From contig NC_043002.1 in the NCBI RefSeq assembly GCF_006345805.1, positions 99,386,001-99,450,000 of the forward strand: DNA of 64,000 bases, given 5' to 3'. Shown here one piece after another: positions 23,179-34,476 of this stretch. The notes below the pieces were generated by a model that saw only the letters and a list, made by a program, of their open reading frames with translations, made no database searches and was not told the DNA's origin. Made by a program: the position numbers and the translations under genes. Origin of the DNA: Octopus sinensis. Lineage: Eukaryota. How positions within the stretch are numbered: the first letter of the stretch is position 1; each line of letters opens with the position of its first letter.

Positions 23179-26100
23179 TTATTATTATTATTATTATTAT
23201 CATCATCATCATTATTGTTATTGTTCAGTTTTCATGTGAAGGTGCGTGACCTAGGGAAGGCCATTCTTGAACAAAAGATCCACTGGATGGCGCTTTGTGT
23301 TATTGCGGAAGGATTCTGATTACATGTTAATCCACTTTACGCAAGTGATGGTGCATCCAGCATTCCCTCCACCTATCAGACCCTTGATGTTTTACTGATT
23401 CAGGAGTGAAACAGTGACCCTAAATCTAGTTTATGCTTACACTAGGTTACATAAGCATCTAGAAAAATATTAGCAAAGGCACACTACATGTTATGAGTAT
23501 GTCCTTGCACGTGAGTAATGAGTGGCTGTGTTTTCTTCCTCTTTCTTTTTTTTTTTTGATTTGCAGAAATTTTCAACATACTTTTTCACATTTTGAGATG
23601 CTTGTGAGAATACCCTTCAAACCACTTGGTCGAATTTATAGTTTGTCAAAAATATATTTACCAGTGTGATGGTATAGGTATATGCAATAGATAATAGGCT
23701 ATGCTCTCAATTCTGTTTGTATACCATAAATTCCTTAACTTAGATCAATATGTTATGATAATTATCTTTCTACTGAGCATTCTCAGCGAAATTGTGTAAT
23801 GTATTATTTCTTATTGTTGGGCTAGTAAAACATATATATATTTACGTTTCTGAGTGAAATATATATGTATGTATGTACATTTGTGTCGTTGTGTGCAGGT
23901 GGATGTATTTATGTATATTACTTGTTTCTTTTATTAAATGAGACGACATTATTCAGTGCGAGTCTTTCTATTTTCTAAAGAGACGTTGAAACTTGTAAGG
24001 TAATAACATGGGGAAGTAATATTTGGCAATTAGTGAAATAAGAATAACTACTAAAAGACATGTATATTTCCTGTCAAATCCTGCATTGGGCAACCAGCCA
24101 TCTCTCGATTAGTAACTTCATGTAAGATAACAACATTGCAGATCCACTCTCTATCAACTCTGATGTTCATCAAATGTCAGTTCTGTCCCTCAGTCTCTTC
24201 TATACATTGATCTCCTCCAAGTCGGTACCACACGAAGCAACTTGTTTCCCATTAACCAGCTCTAACTGTGTATGATCTACACGAATGCTAGTCACCACAA
24301 GCCAAATTTACACCATTTCATGTTACCTTCAGTTTGTGACTTGCGGTGAGACCATGATATGTTAACTCTTTTGATAGCCAAAATCAAAACCTCAACATAT
24401 ATAAAAAGAAATCGATCTGAAACAAATAAAATCAGAATCTCTATAAAGATGAGCTGGACTTTGCAATAATTCAACGCTATACTTCTTAAGAAAATAGCTC
24501 GACAACAAACCCTCAATCTACATGAGCGGTACTCATTTATAGCCTTCCGAATGGTCGCAAATGTTGGGACTCATTATCATCGAGTATCTCTCGCGACACT
24601 GTAAGCACATCATTAGCACATATATCAGCACGTGTTAATGACTTTCTTTTCTCTTTGGGATCAAAGATATTTCAGTCTCAGTAGTACTGAATTTAAAATT
24701 GGGACGGTGCTGCTGCTGCTCACCCACACATACTGGATCTTATCAAGAGAAGAGACATTGTCCGATCGGCACTTCATCATCATCGAAGACACTCCGTTCT
24801 CTCACCCACAGAGGTGCTGTAATCCGTCTCTATCTAACCCAACAATGATATCTCTGCGCCTTGGGTCTGGTTGGTCTCGTATCCTCACAATGCAGGTACC
24901 ATTAACCCACTGGCATCTCTACATCTTGTCACTTTTTGTGCATCCAAAGCCTCAGGATCCGCACTAATCACTCATTCCAAAACAGCCAATCCAGAAATTC
25001 GACTATTTGGAATATTTTCAGAAATGTTTATCTTACAGGTATTGAACTTCAGTAATTTAAACGAAGCATTAACGACACTAATCTCAACGGTCTCGGAGGG
25101 CCAGCAAGGCTCATGAGCTTTAGCTTTTTGTTCTGACACAGCTACTGTGAGCAAATTATAAAACACTTAACTATAAATCATTTGATGTATTTTATCTGGC
25201 AGAACAAAATCTCTTCATTTCATTCAAATTATTCTAGTTTCAGCTTGCGGAAATGACAGAAAAGTGAATTTTTGTTTAAGGAGAAGACAAAATTGTGTAA
25301 ATCGGTACTCAGAGTATCTGAATGAAAACAACAATATAAAATATTCAGTAGAACGTCGAAGTTATGAAAAACGCGTATATCCAATCTAGATTCGAATATG
25401 TTGATTATTCCGAGATTATCACGACTTGCAGATCTTAGATTGCTGCAATTTTATATTATCATCGTACTCTAAAAACAGCTGCATACTCTTTTTCATTCTA
25501 TTGGACTCGTATCTGCAACATTTTAATTAAATCTATAGACATATATGCTGCCACATCCAAATGCAATATCTAGTTTTCTTGTCTTCCATAATACAACGGA
25601 GATTCAGATCAGCAGAGAATATAATTCCCTCCAATGAATAATGCCAAACGTAGATGTAATCACTTTTATGACTGTCCAGTTTCCTCAAAACATGTAATAT
25701 GTCGGCACTGCCTTATTAATGACAACGCGAATAAAAGAGTCATTGCTTTGATTATCGGTTTTTTTTCGTATCTTACAGCAACAAGATAAACATCAGTTTC
25801 TTTCTTTTTAATGCTGCCTATTGGTATTGGTTTCAGTGTCTTCAATCAGGCTTTAATACTTCAGACTGAATACTGTCGTTACATTCTATGCATTTACAAT
25901 ACAGGCCTGTCATATTCATTATACATTTATAAAAAGCGCCATATTATTATTTGCAAACAGGAAAAAGCAGACGTTACATATTTAGACAAATTAGATTCCG
26001 TCTTGTAAAAACTAGTTAATATTTATTTCGGGGAAAATACCTTATGCAACTTCAGTATATATCTATTATAGATTAAAAGAAAAAAAGATTGGATGTAAAA

Positions 26101-28230
26101 ATATACACTAGGCTATTTAACTTAGCAACCTAACAACCTGCCTTTAGCCTTATCATGTACCGCTTCAAACAAATAATTAACGTTTGAGAATTTAATAATG
26201 GCCTTTCAGAAGAACTGTTGAATTTTACAGTCGCATAATATTGATTACTTTTAATATGTTTTCCTTCACTTTTCTAAAATATAGTTTTCTCATCACATTA
26301 TTAAATCCGAAAGACGTTTGGCTATAAAAACTCCAGGATCACATTTGTGTGCACATTATCACATAAAGAAAAATAATACACTGAAATGTCCATTTTGAAA
26401 GCGTTTTGGTTTACAAATGGCCATTTCCTTTATTCAAAAATCCTAATCATCTATTTCGACTCTCAATAATAATTTTCGACCTCCATAATATAATTTGTGA
26501 ACGCTTAATGGTCATAACTTTTCGGTGAGGTTTAATAGTTGCAGAGATAAGAAAAAAACTCACGAAAATAAAAAGAAAGAAGGAAGTACATTTTTTTTCT
26601 GCGGAGAGACTCAATCAAATATATCGAATGAAATTCATCAACTTTACATGAATTCTAATAATATTCTGAGATGAGACGGCAACATTTACGCTTGTTTGTA
26701 ACCTATTGATATGTGCTGGCATAATCATTATAATCAGAACATTTAATAATCATTTAGAAATAGTTGTCATATATCTAATTGCTTGTCGCGTGAGTTTAAC
26801 ACACAAACTGTTTATATGGAAAATTAACATATACGTTTTTATAGTCAATTATTAATTCATACTAATGCTGACAACAGTCTTCAAAGAGTTAGAAATGCAA
26901 AGTTCAAATCGATTTAGGATTCAATGCTAACGTGAGAATTAGAGAATCTGTTCATAAACAGAACAATGTAACGCATGACATTGACATTTAGTGCTATTGT
27001 ATCTATCTGTTGTTAGATAGAAAATTAATTGCTTCCTCAGCATTGACCTCCCAGCTTCACTCTATCTGTTGCCATAGAATACCAATTTGTAATATTGTGT
27101 CTACAGATGCTAAATGGCGCTTAAACTTATACATTTTCCTTTTATCTCTCTCTCTATATATCGTTTACGAGTGAATCATAGATTTGATAGTAATAACCAA
27201 ACTTCATCGATAGCTAATATGATTTTCTTTCATCGTAGAACCTGTTTAAGTAGAACAGGCCGACACTTTCTCGGTCATAAAATAATAATTGCCAGACTGA
27301 TAATCACTGACAAGATAAACATTCGCTTACAAAAAAACATCTTTTCATAGTCGTAATAACAAAGAGAAAGAATTCGGTGTGCTATCAAAATCTTTAAATA
27401 TCTTGAGACTAACATACCAAAGTCTTTTATTTCGAGATGTCCGCCTTTTGTTCGAAGAGTGCTTACACCATAGGAAATTTGGAAGCATATAGAATGTTTC
27501 TGATGAGATTTTCTTCTGGGAGGGAATGAAAAATATTACACAAGAAACAAACTTGAACCCTGGTACGAATAAAAAAAATATATAAGTTTGTATATTATGA
27601 GAAATGAAGAATTGTATTTAAATTTTAATGAAGCTTATCGCTAATCTGCTTGAGAATTATGTATATCAGAGAGACACGATTCTCCGTGATCTAAACGGGA
27701 TATGGAATAGAAAACGATAGGTAAGTTTTAACTATCAACATTTGAATTTAGTTTCTTTTGTTCGCTAAATGTGCTCTCAAGAATATGTCACTTCACTTTC
27801 TTGATGTTACTCAAATGAGAGGCGTTATCGGTGTTTAAAATTAATGTTGTTTACGTTCCTAGAATTCTATTTACAAACATATATTCATCAGTTAACTTTC
27901 TGCTTGAATGAATTAATGCAATTGTTTTCTATTCAGTCACAAAGAAATAAAAATATACATTTCAAAACACCGGAGAATTAGGAAGCGAAAAATCATTTCC
28001 ATTTATGTCTAAAAACATAACCACATCAGGTTACTGACAAGCACTGCCATTCACGTCATGCGGAGCTAAATAAAATATTATGAAGCAAATTAAAACAAGA
28101 AATTAAAACACGAACTGAAATTGTTGGTTTCAAAACAATTAATCGCAGTGATGTATCTTCTAGACTAAATTACCTAATATTTTTACATACATATTCATAC
28201 ACGATGTGCGCACATGCGCGTGAATAACAA

Positions 28231-28623
28231 GATAGAGACTTCGTGGTGTAAGCATGCACAGTTAAGCCGAGAGTATGCTTATTAAAAGCAGATATACAAT
28301 TAAAATATGATTTATTAATTTTCCTCATACATATTCCCTCAGCGGTTAAGATATACATACATCAACAAGTACAGATACACATAGACACACATATTCAGAG
28401 ATACATTTATATATATATACACACACACACACTCACACACACACACACATACACACATATATATATACATATATATATATATTATATATATATATATATA
28501 CATAACATACATATATATGCGTATATATATACATGCATGCACACATATAAGCACACATAAACACATGTTTCAATCTATCTATCTACGTATCTATTTATAT
28601 GTGTGTATATATATATATACATA

Positions 28624-28691
<68 letters not shown>

Positions 28692-29079
28692 CCTGCTCGC
28701 TTAGCCAGCGGGGTGGCGTCATTCGAAGGCTAAAACAATGCGAACGCATTGTGACCAGCGATGTGTAACTACATCTGATAGACTGGCCGGTCACGTGATA
28801 TATATATATATATATTATATATATATATATTATATATATATATATATATGTATATAATTGTCACATATATTTACAGATATGTATATTATGTATATATGTG
28901 CGTGTATAAATACATCTGTCAATATATGCGTGTATGTGTATATGTACTTGTTGATGTATGTATATCTTAACTGCTGAGGGAATATGTATGAGGAAAATTA
29001 ATAAATTGCATTTCAATTGCATGCCTGTGTTTAATAAGTACACACCCGGCTTAACTGTGTGCATGCTGACATCTCTATC
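28231..29079. mobile_element. Fold-back element with ~190-bp imperfect inverted arms around microsatellites
   Basis: About 28231-28420 and 28900-29079 are reverse complements. Both give the MYILTAEGICMRKINK ORF, on opposite strands. Confidence 0.75.
28689..28798. mobile_element. Small unclassified GC-rich insertion in (TA)n
   Basis: A 110-bp unique segment bounded by TA repeats and ending in GGTCACGTGA. Confidence 0.4.
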
Positions 29080-29156
29080 ACAGAAACAATTGTTAGTGGT
29101 AATAAATTTTTGCAATACTCATTTTCCGTCTTCTGATTTATAGATATATATATATG

Positions 29157-29196
<40 letters not shown>

Positions 29197-29406
29197 CTTA
29201 TATTTATATTCTCTTTTTTTATATATATTCTACTTATTATACAACATTACTCTTTTATGTACACTGATTTGTTCTGCTTTTTTATGTTTAACCCTACAGT
29301 CTCTTATGTGGGGGTTTAATAAAGTATGTGATTGAGTAGTATCTGGTAATTGATATTTGATTTAGATGTATTTCTCCATTTTCTTATCTTGTATATATAT
29401 ATATAT

Positions 29407-29641
29407 AACGGGAAGGTTCACGAAAATAAACAAAAGACGAAAGCAGGTTTACGAAAATGAACAAAAGACGAAGGCAGCTGGAGTACAAACAAACGATTGT
29501 ATTAGTATGGCGCTCAGGAATAGAAATAAAACAAGTCTTTTAGGCTTCGAGCCTACGCTCTTCGACAGAAAGATACACAGAAAAGAAACAAGGAGAAAAA
29601 AAAATTGCGCGTAGGAGCTAACGATCCAACATGGCGTTCTG
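29407..29641 (-). mobile_element. Penelope-like terminal fragment in (TA)n
   Basis: Bounded by TA repeats, with an internal 31-bp tandem duplication and a compact hammerhead-like motif at 29536-29573. Confidence 0.45.
29536..29573 (-). ncRNA. Compact hammerhead-like motif with core substitutions
   Basis: TCTTT-CTGTCGA-A-GAGC-GTAG-GCTC-GAAG-CC-TA-AAAGA. Stems I and II are perfect, but the core deviates (CUGUCGA, GAAG). Confidence 0.4.
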
Positions 29642-30221
29642 TATATATATATATAATGTACGTTCAGGTATTACTCATACATGTATAACATATCTATAAA
29701 TCAGAAAACAGAAAATGAATATAGCACAAATTTATTATCACTTACAATTGTTACTGTGCCAATCAGCTCCTAACACTGTTGCAGGTAAATATTACTATGC
29801 GCAAAGTGACGCATCGAGTGATGTCTTTTAACATGGCATGAAAGCAAATTTGCAGAGTGATTACAGTGTGGTTGAAAAAACGTCGTTGTTGTTGTTTCAA
29901 CTCACTGTGACCTAAATTCAACTCTTGCCTTGATGAATATCAACTTTCATCTGGTAAACATCAATAACAAAATACCAATCAAAAATTATATAGCATTTAC
30001 AGCTATATAAGTGACTCATATGCGATGCAATGCAGTAACTTTTCGTTTGACAGTTAGAGTTCTAAGAACACAAAGTCTATAACGACATTCGTATCAGGTT
30101 TTCTTTGCCCCGAACTCGTAGTTTTCCTAAAAAAAAATTGCAAGGAAGAGCATCCTTCTGCAGAGACATGATACATATATACATATATAAATATTTACAT
30201 ACATATATATATATTATATAT

Positions 30222-30326
<105 letters not shown>

Positions 30327-30728
30327 TATATATGTATGTATATATATTAGCGTTGCGTTCCGTTACATAATAAATGGAATAATGTATTGTAAACATACGA
30401 CAGTAGAAACCGTACCACGTATATTGAGTGTACAACCGGAAGAGAGACAGAGACAGACACAGAAGATCCCCAATTTTTCATCAGTTATCAACCAGATGGT
30501 ATTATTCAGTTTCGCACCTTCCGTAATAAGACCGAGAATCTCCCATGCTTGCGGTGCCCTCGACAGCTGAGGAAAATATAGGGCCGAGAGCAAACAAAAT
30601 ATTACGGACAGGCGAAAGCGAACAAATGTAATTTTAGACAATGGATAAAGACGAAGCAAAGAAGAAAAGAGCAAGATACAGCCTTACGGGCTGTTATATT
30701 GATTATCAAGTTTCATTAAAACTGATAT

Positions 30729-31900
30729 GTTTTAATGAAACTTGATAGTTTCCATGGTTATTTATGACATCTTTCCATCTACTAATAAGCTTTTTAATAC
30801 CATTAGTAAAAAATCCTTCCGGTTTCCAAGAGAAGAACTCTGAAAGGTCAGTTTCGACTTTTTCAGATTCGAGAGGTAATCATTCCAAATGATTCTGGAA
30901 ACAAGGAAACAAATCGTAAACTCAAGCAAGGTGTGGGGAATATGGCGGATGAGCAATTTTCTTCCAGTCGAGATTTTCAATCTTCTGTGATGTGATCTTT
31001 ACAGTCTGGGTGTCTTGCATTTTCCTGGCTATTTTTCATTCAAAGCAGCGTTCAAATGCTCCAATTATTGACAGTAGATCTGAGTATTAATTGTTGCATT
31101 AGTTGGTAGCAACTCAACGTAGCTGACTCCTTTGCAATCTTACCAAACAGAGAGAAGAACCTTCGCATGGAGTTTTCTTTTCGGTTGTGGGTGAGCCTCT
31201 TCCCCTTTACCAAGACAATGTCTGCGACGCTTAACATTTTGATAGAAGATCCATATTTCATCGGCGGTCACCAGTCAGTCAAAAAAGAATGAGATGAATT
31301 CACGAGAACGAAGAGGAGGACTGGTGTTCACTCGGAACTTGTGGTTGGCTTCGGACACATCATGAGGCACCTATTTTCCGAGTTTTAAGACCATCCCAAG
31401 CTGTTGAAGATGGCGGTGAACATTTGTGTTGCTTGAACGAAGCTTACTTGCCTATTCTTTAATAGACACTGCATGATCGTTTTCAAGTTCTGCCAAAAGG
31501 AGCTTGCCATCAAACTCAGTGGGACGTCCTGTTAGGGCCTCGTCTTTAAGACTGAAATCTCCACTTCTGAATTTTACAAACCATCTTCCGCAAATTCTTT
31601 CAGTCAGGCATTCATCGCCTAAAGCTGAATACATATTTGGAGTCGCTTCTGCAGCAGAATTATCTTTTTAAAATTCATAAAGCATTACGTGCCTCAAACG
31701 CTCCTTCGACATTTCCATGTTTGAAGAATTGTAATTAGTGAAATTTCAATTAGATTATCCCCAAAAATGAAATTTAATTAGTTTCAATATGTCCAAATAC
31801 ATATGAATATTACTTGATGCCATTAAACATTCTAAAATACTGTTAAAGCGTTTACAAATTGGAAAATATAGAAGTCCGGACATTACTTATGGGATGACCT
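30729..31900 (-). mobile_element. Near full-length fossil mariner (DD34D) transposon
   Basis: 5' TIR AGGTCATCCCATAAGTAATGTCC and ATG at 31718 (MEMSKERLRHVMLYEF). Also WFVKFRSGDFSLKDE..GRP, a VPHD motif, RLVTADEIW, and C-terminal FFTNGIKKLISRWKDVINNHGNY. Multiple stops and frameshifts. Confidence 0.88.
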
Positions 31901-32163
31901 CACACCCACACATACTGAAAACTCCCCTCACACACACACACACGCACGCAGAGACAGACAGACAGATAGACAGACACTTACATACGAGGTGGATACTTAA
32001 TTAGCACTGAGTTGTAATCCGGATTCAGGCTGACCGCATCGAGTAGTAAGGAAATCCTAGAGTTACTGAGATTGAGGAATTCCACAGTAATTCGTCCAAT
32101 AGTTAAATCCTGGTTTCGTTTCACCGGATTATATATATCTACACTTTGAGACGGATTCAGTTT

Positions 32164-32252
<89 letters not shown>

Positions 32253-32257
32253 ATATA

Positions 32258-32472
32258 TTACTACCGACAAGGGGCTAAAGGCAGAGGGAACAAACAAGGA
32301 CAGACAAACGGATTAAGTCGATTACATCGATCCCAGTGCGTAACTGGTACTTAATTTATCGAGATGAAAGGCAAAGTCGACCTCGGCGGAATTTGAACTC
32401 AGAACGTAGCGGCAGTCGAAATACGGCTACGCATTTCGCCCGGCGTGCTAACGTTTCTGCCAGCTCACCGCC
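32258..32472 (-). mobile_element. tRNA-derived SINE family A
   Basis: Nearly full match to the copy at 54458-54684. Confidence 0.9.
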
Positions 32473-32480
32473 TTTCACAT

Positions 32481-32692
32481 ATTATCTCCTGCAGAAACAA
32501 TCTCTTTCTTTCCATGTGGTCTTGCTAAACATACCTCCATGACAGCGTTCTTATATTCTTATATTGTAGCAATACCACAAAAATTGCATTCATACTCATT
32601 GTAACTTCTCTATAGTTATTATCATTCATTTAATCACTGGATGGCACCTAATCTCTGCCTTTTGGCATATGTTAACCAATCTTGCACATAAT

Positions 32693-32781
<89 letters not shown>

Positions 32782-33596
32782 CAGTTATGTGTTTCAAATT
32801 CCGAGATTGATTAGATTTAAAACAGTTGAAACTTCGTTTCAAACATGAAATGCGTATCAAAATGGGCTGCGAAACGTAGTTGAGAAGATAATTAAGTAGA
32901 TTGGTTTCCAAGTGAGAAGCTAGCGGAAACATTTGCTCCTGCTGAGCATGAGGGAAGCTGCAAATCCCGTGAAGGTTACGTGTGTCGAGTGCGATCGAAG
33001 CTATATTAATAAGTTCCTGCCGGGAACATGAGCGCAGTGCTAACAGCAATGAAAGAAGTAGAAGAAAGGGATAAACGAATTTTGGGCTAACGTTTATATG
33101 TTGGGGAAAGCAAAATGTTTTACAGCCTTGTAAATATTCTTTCTTTTTATTCCACTAGGTAGTTGTTGTGTGCAGCAACTGTATCTTCCCCAATATAAGG
33201 CTAATATTGCACATTGAAATTTACTTGCGCGCTGAGAGTCCGTAGTTGATGTAATCCGAAATATCCTTCTGGGCTGCATATTTTGTTTTACTACCCCTGT
33301 GCGATCTCAAAGAAAACAACTTTAGATGGTGTGGACTAGCATTTGTACCTAGTTTTAGAATTACAGATTCATATTTTTGAAGACCAGAGCTGGTTATGTG
33401 CAAGATTGGTAAACATATGCCAAAAGGCAGAGATTAGGTGCCATCCAGTGATTAAATGAATGATAATAACTATAGAAAAGTTACAATGGGTATGAATGCA
33501 ATTTTTGTGGTATTGCTACAATATAAGAACGCTATCATGGAGGTATGTTTAGCAAGACCACATGGAAAGAAATAGATTGTTTCTGCAGGAGATAAT
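32481..33596. mobile_element. 1.1-kb element with ~205-bp highly similar terminal inverted repeats
   Basis: 32481-32691 is the reverse complement of 33394-33596 with few mismatches and one 8-bp duplication. No clear TSD. Confidence 0.8.
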
Positions 33597-34170
33597 TTTC
33601 CGGTTGACGTGTTCGACAACATACAATGACTTAATAGATTTTATTGTAGGTATTCATGAATAACAAGTAGTTTGCATCACAGTACAACCCTCATTGAGAC
33701 TATTATTGTCATTTGTAACTGGGAATTTTTTCTCAGTATTAAATCGATATTTGATAATATTACGTTTTACAAAGTCTCTAAATATTAGAGTATTTCATGA
33801 AAAATCGATTGCTATGGTTTCTCTATATTTAGATAATAGGAAAACTTTAGGTGTTTAAAAAAGTAATGTAATTTAAATAGTTGATAATACTTGACATTTA
33901 AAACACTGGTTAGTCATTGTATAATGAATCCTACAACATTGATCCGACAATAAGTAATTTATAACTTATGCTGTGCTCTTTTCAATTAAGAAACTGTATA
34001 TGAAAAGTCATATACAGTTGATAAATTGAATTCACAGATAGATTGAACTGACAGTAAAATGAATTTTGAGGTTTTCTTGTATATACGAGAACATTTAAAG
34101 CTATTAAAATGAGTGGGCAATTGTGAACTAAAACCAACATTTAAAACTCTTCATTAGCTTTCTCCCCTAA

Positions 34171-34476
34171 CGGCGGAATTTGAACTCAGAACGTAACGGC
34201 AGACGAAATACCGCTAAGCATTTCGCCCCGCGTGCTAACGTTTCTTATTTCTTTATTGCCCACAATGGGCTTAACATAGAAGGGGCAATCAAAGACACAG
34301 AAAGGGATTAAGTGAATTACATCGACCGAAGTGCATAACTGGTACTTAATTCATCAACCTCGAAAAGATGAAAGGCAAAGTTGACCTCGGCAGAATTTGA
34401 TCTCAGAACGTAACGGCAGACGAAATACCGATAATCATTTCGCCCGGCGTGCTAACGTATCTGCCGGCTCGCCGCC
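34171..34476 (-). mobile_element. SINE family A full copy (34245-34476) joined tail-to-head to a second head fragment (34171-34244)
   Basis: Two B-box segments (GGAATTTGAACTCAGAACGTAACGGCAGACGAAATAC, + strand) occur in tandem. Confidence 0.85.

Noticed and set aside
24632-25166. Overlapping 64-111 aa ORFs in a GC-richer patch
   Set aside because: No convincing domain motif in any frame. It may be a very old LINE fossil but cannot be supported.
30363-30674. 103-aa minus-strand ORF with a strong acceptor (ttttcctcag)
   Set aside because: All three frames after the acceptor are open and the opposite strand is open too, so no frame can be chosen and no homology was recognised.
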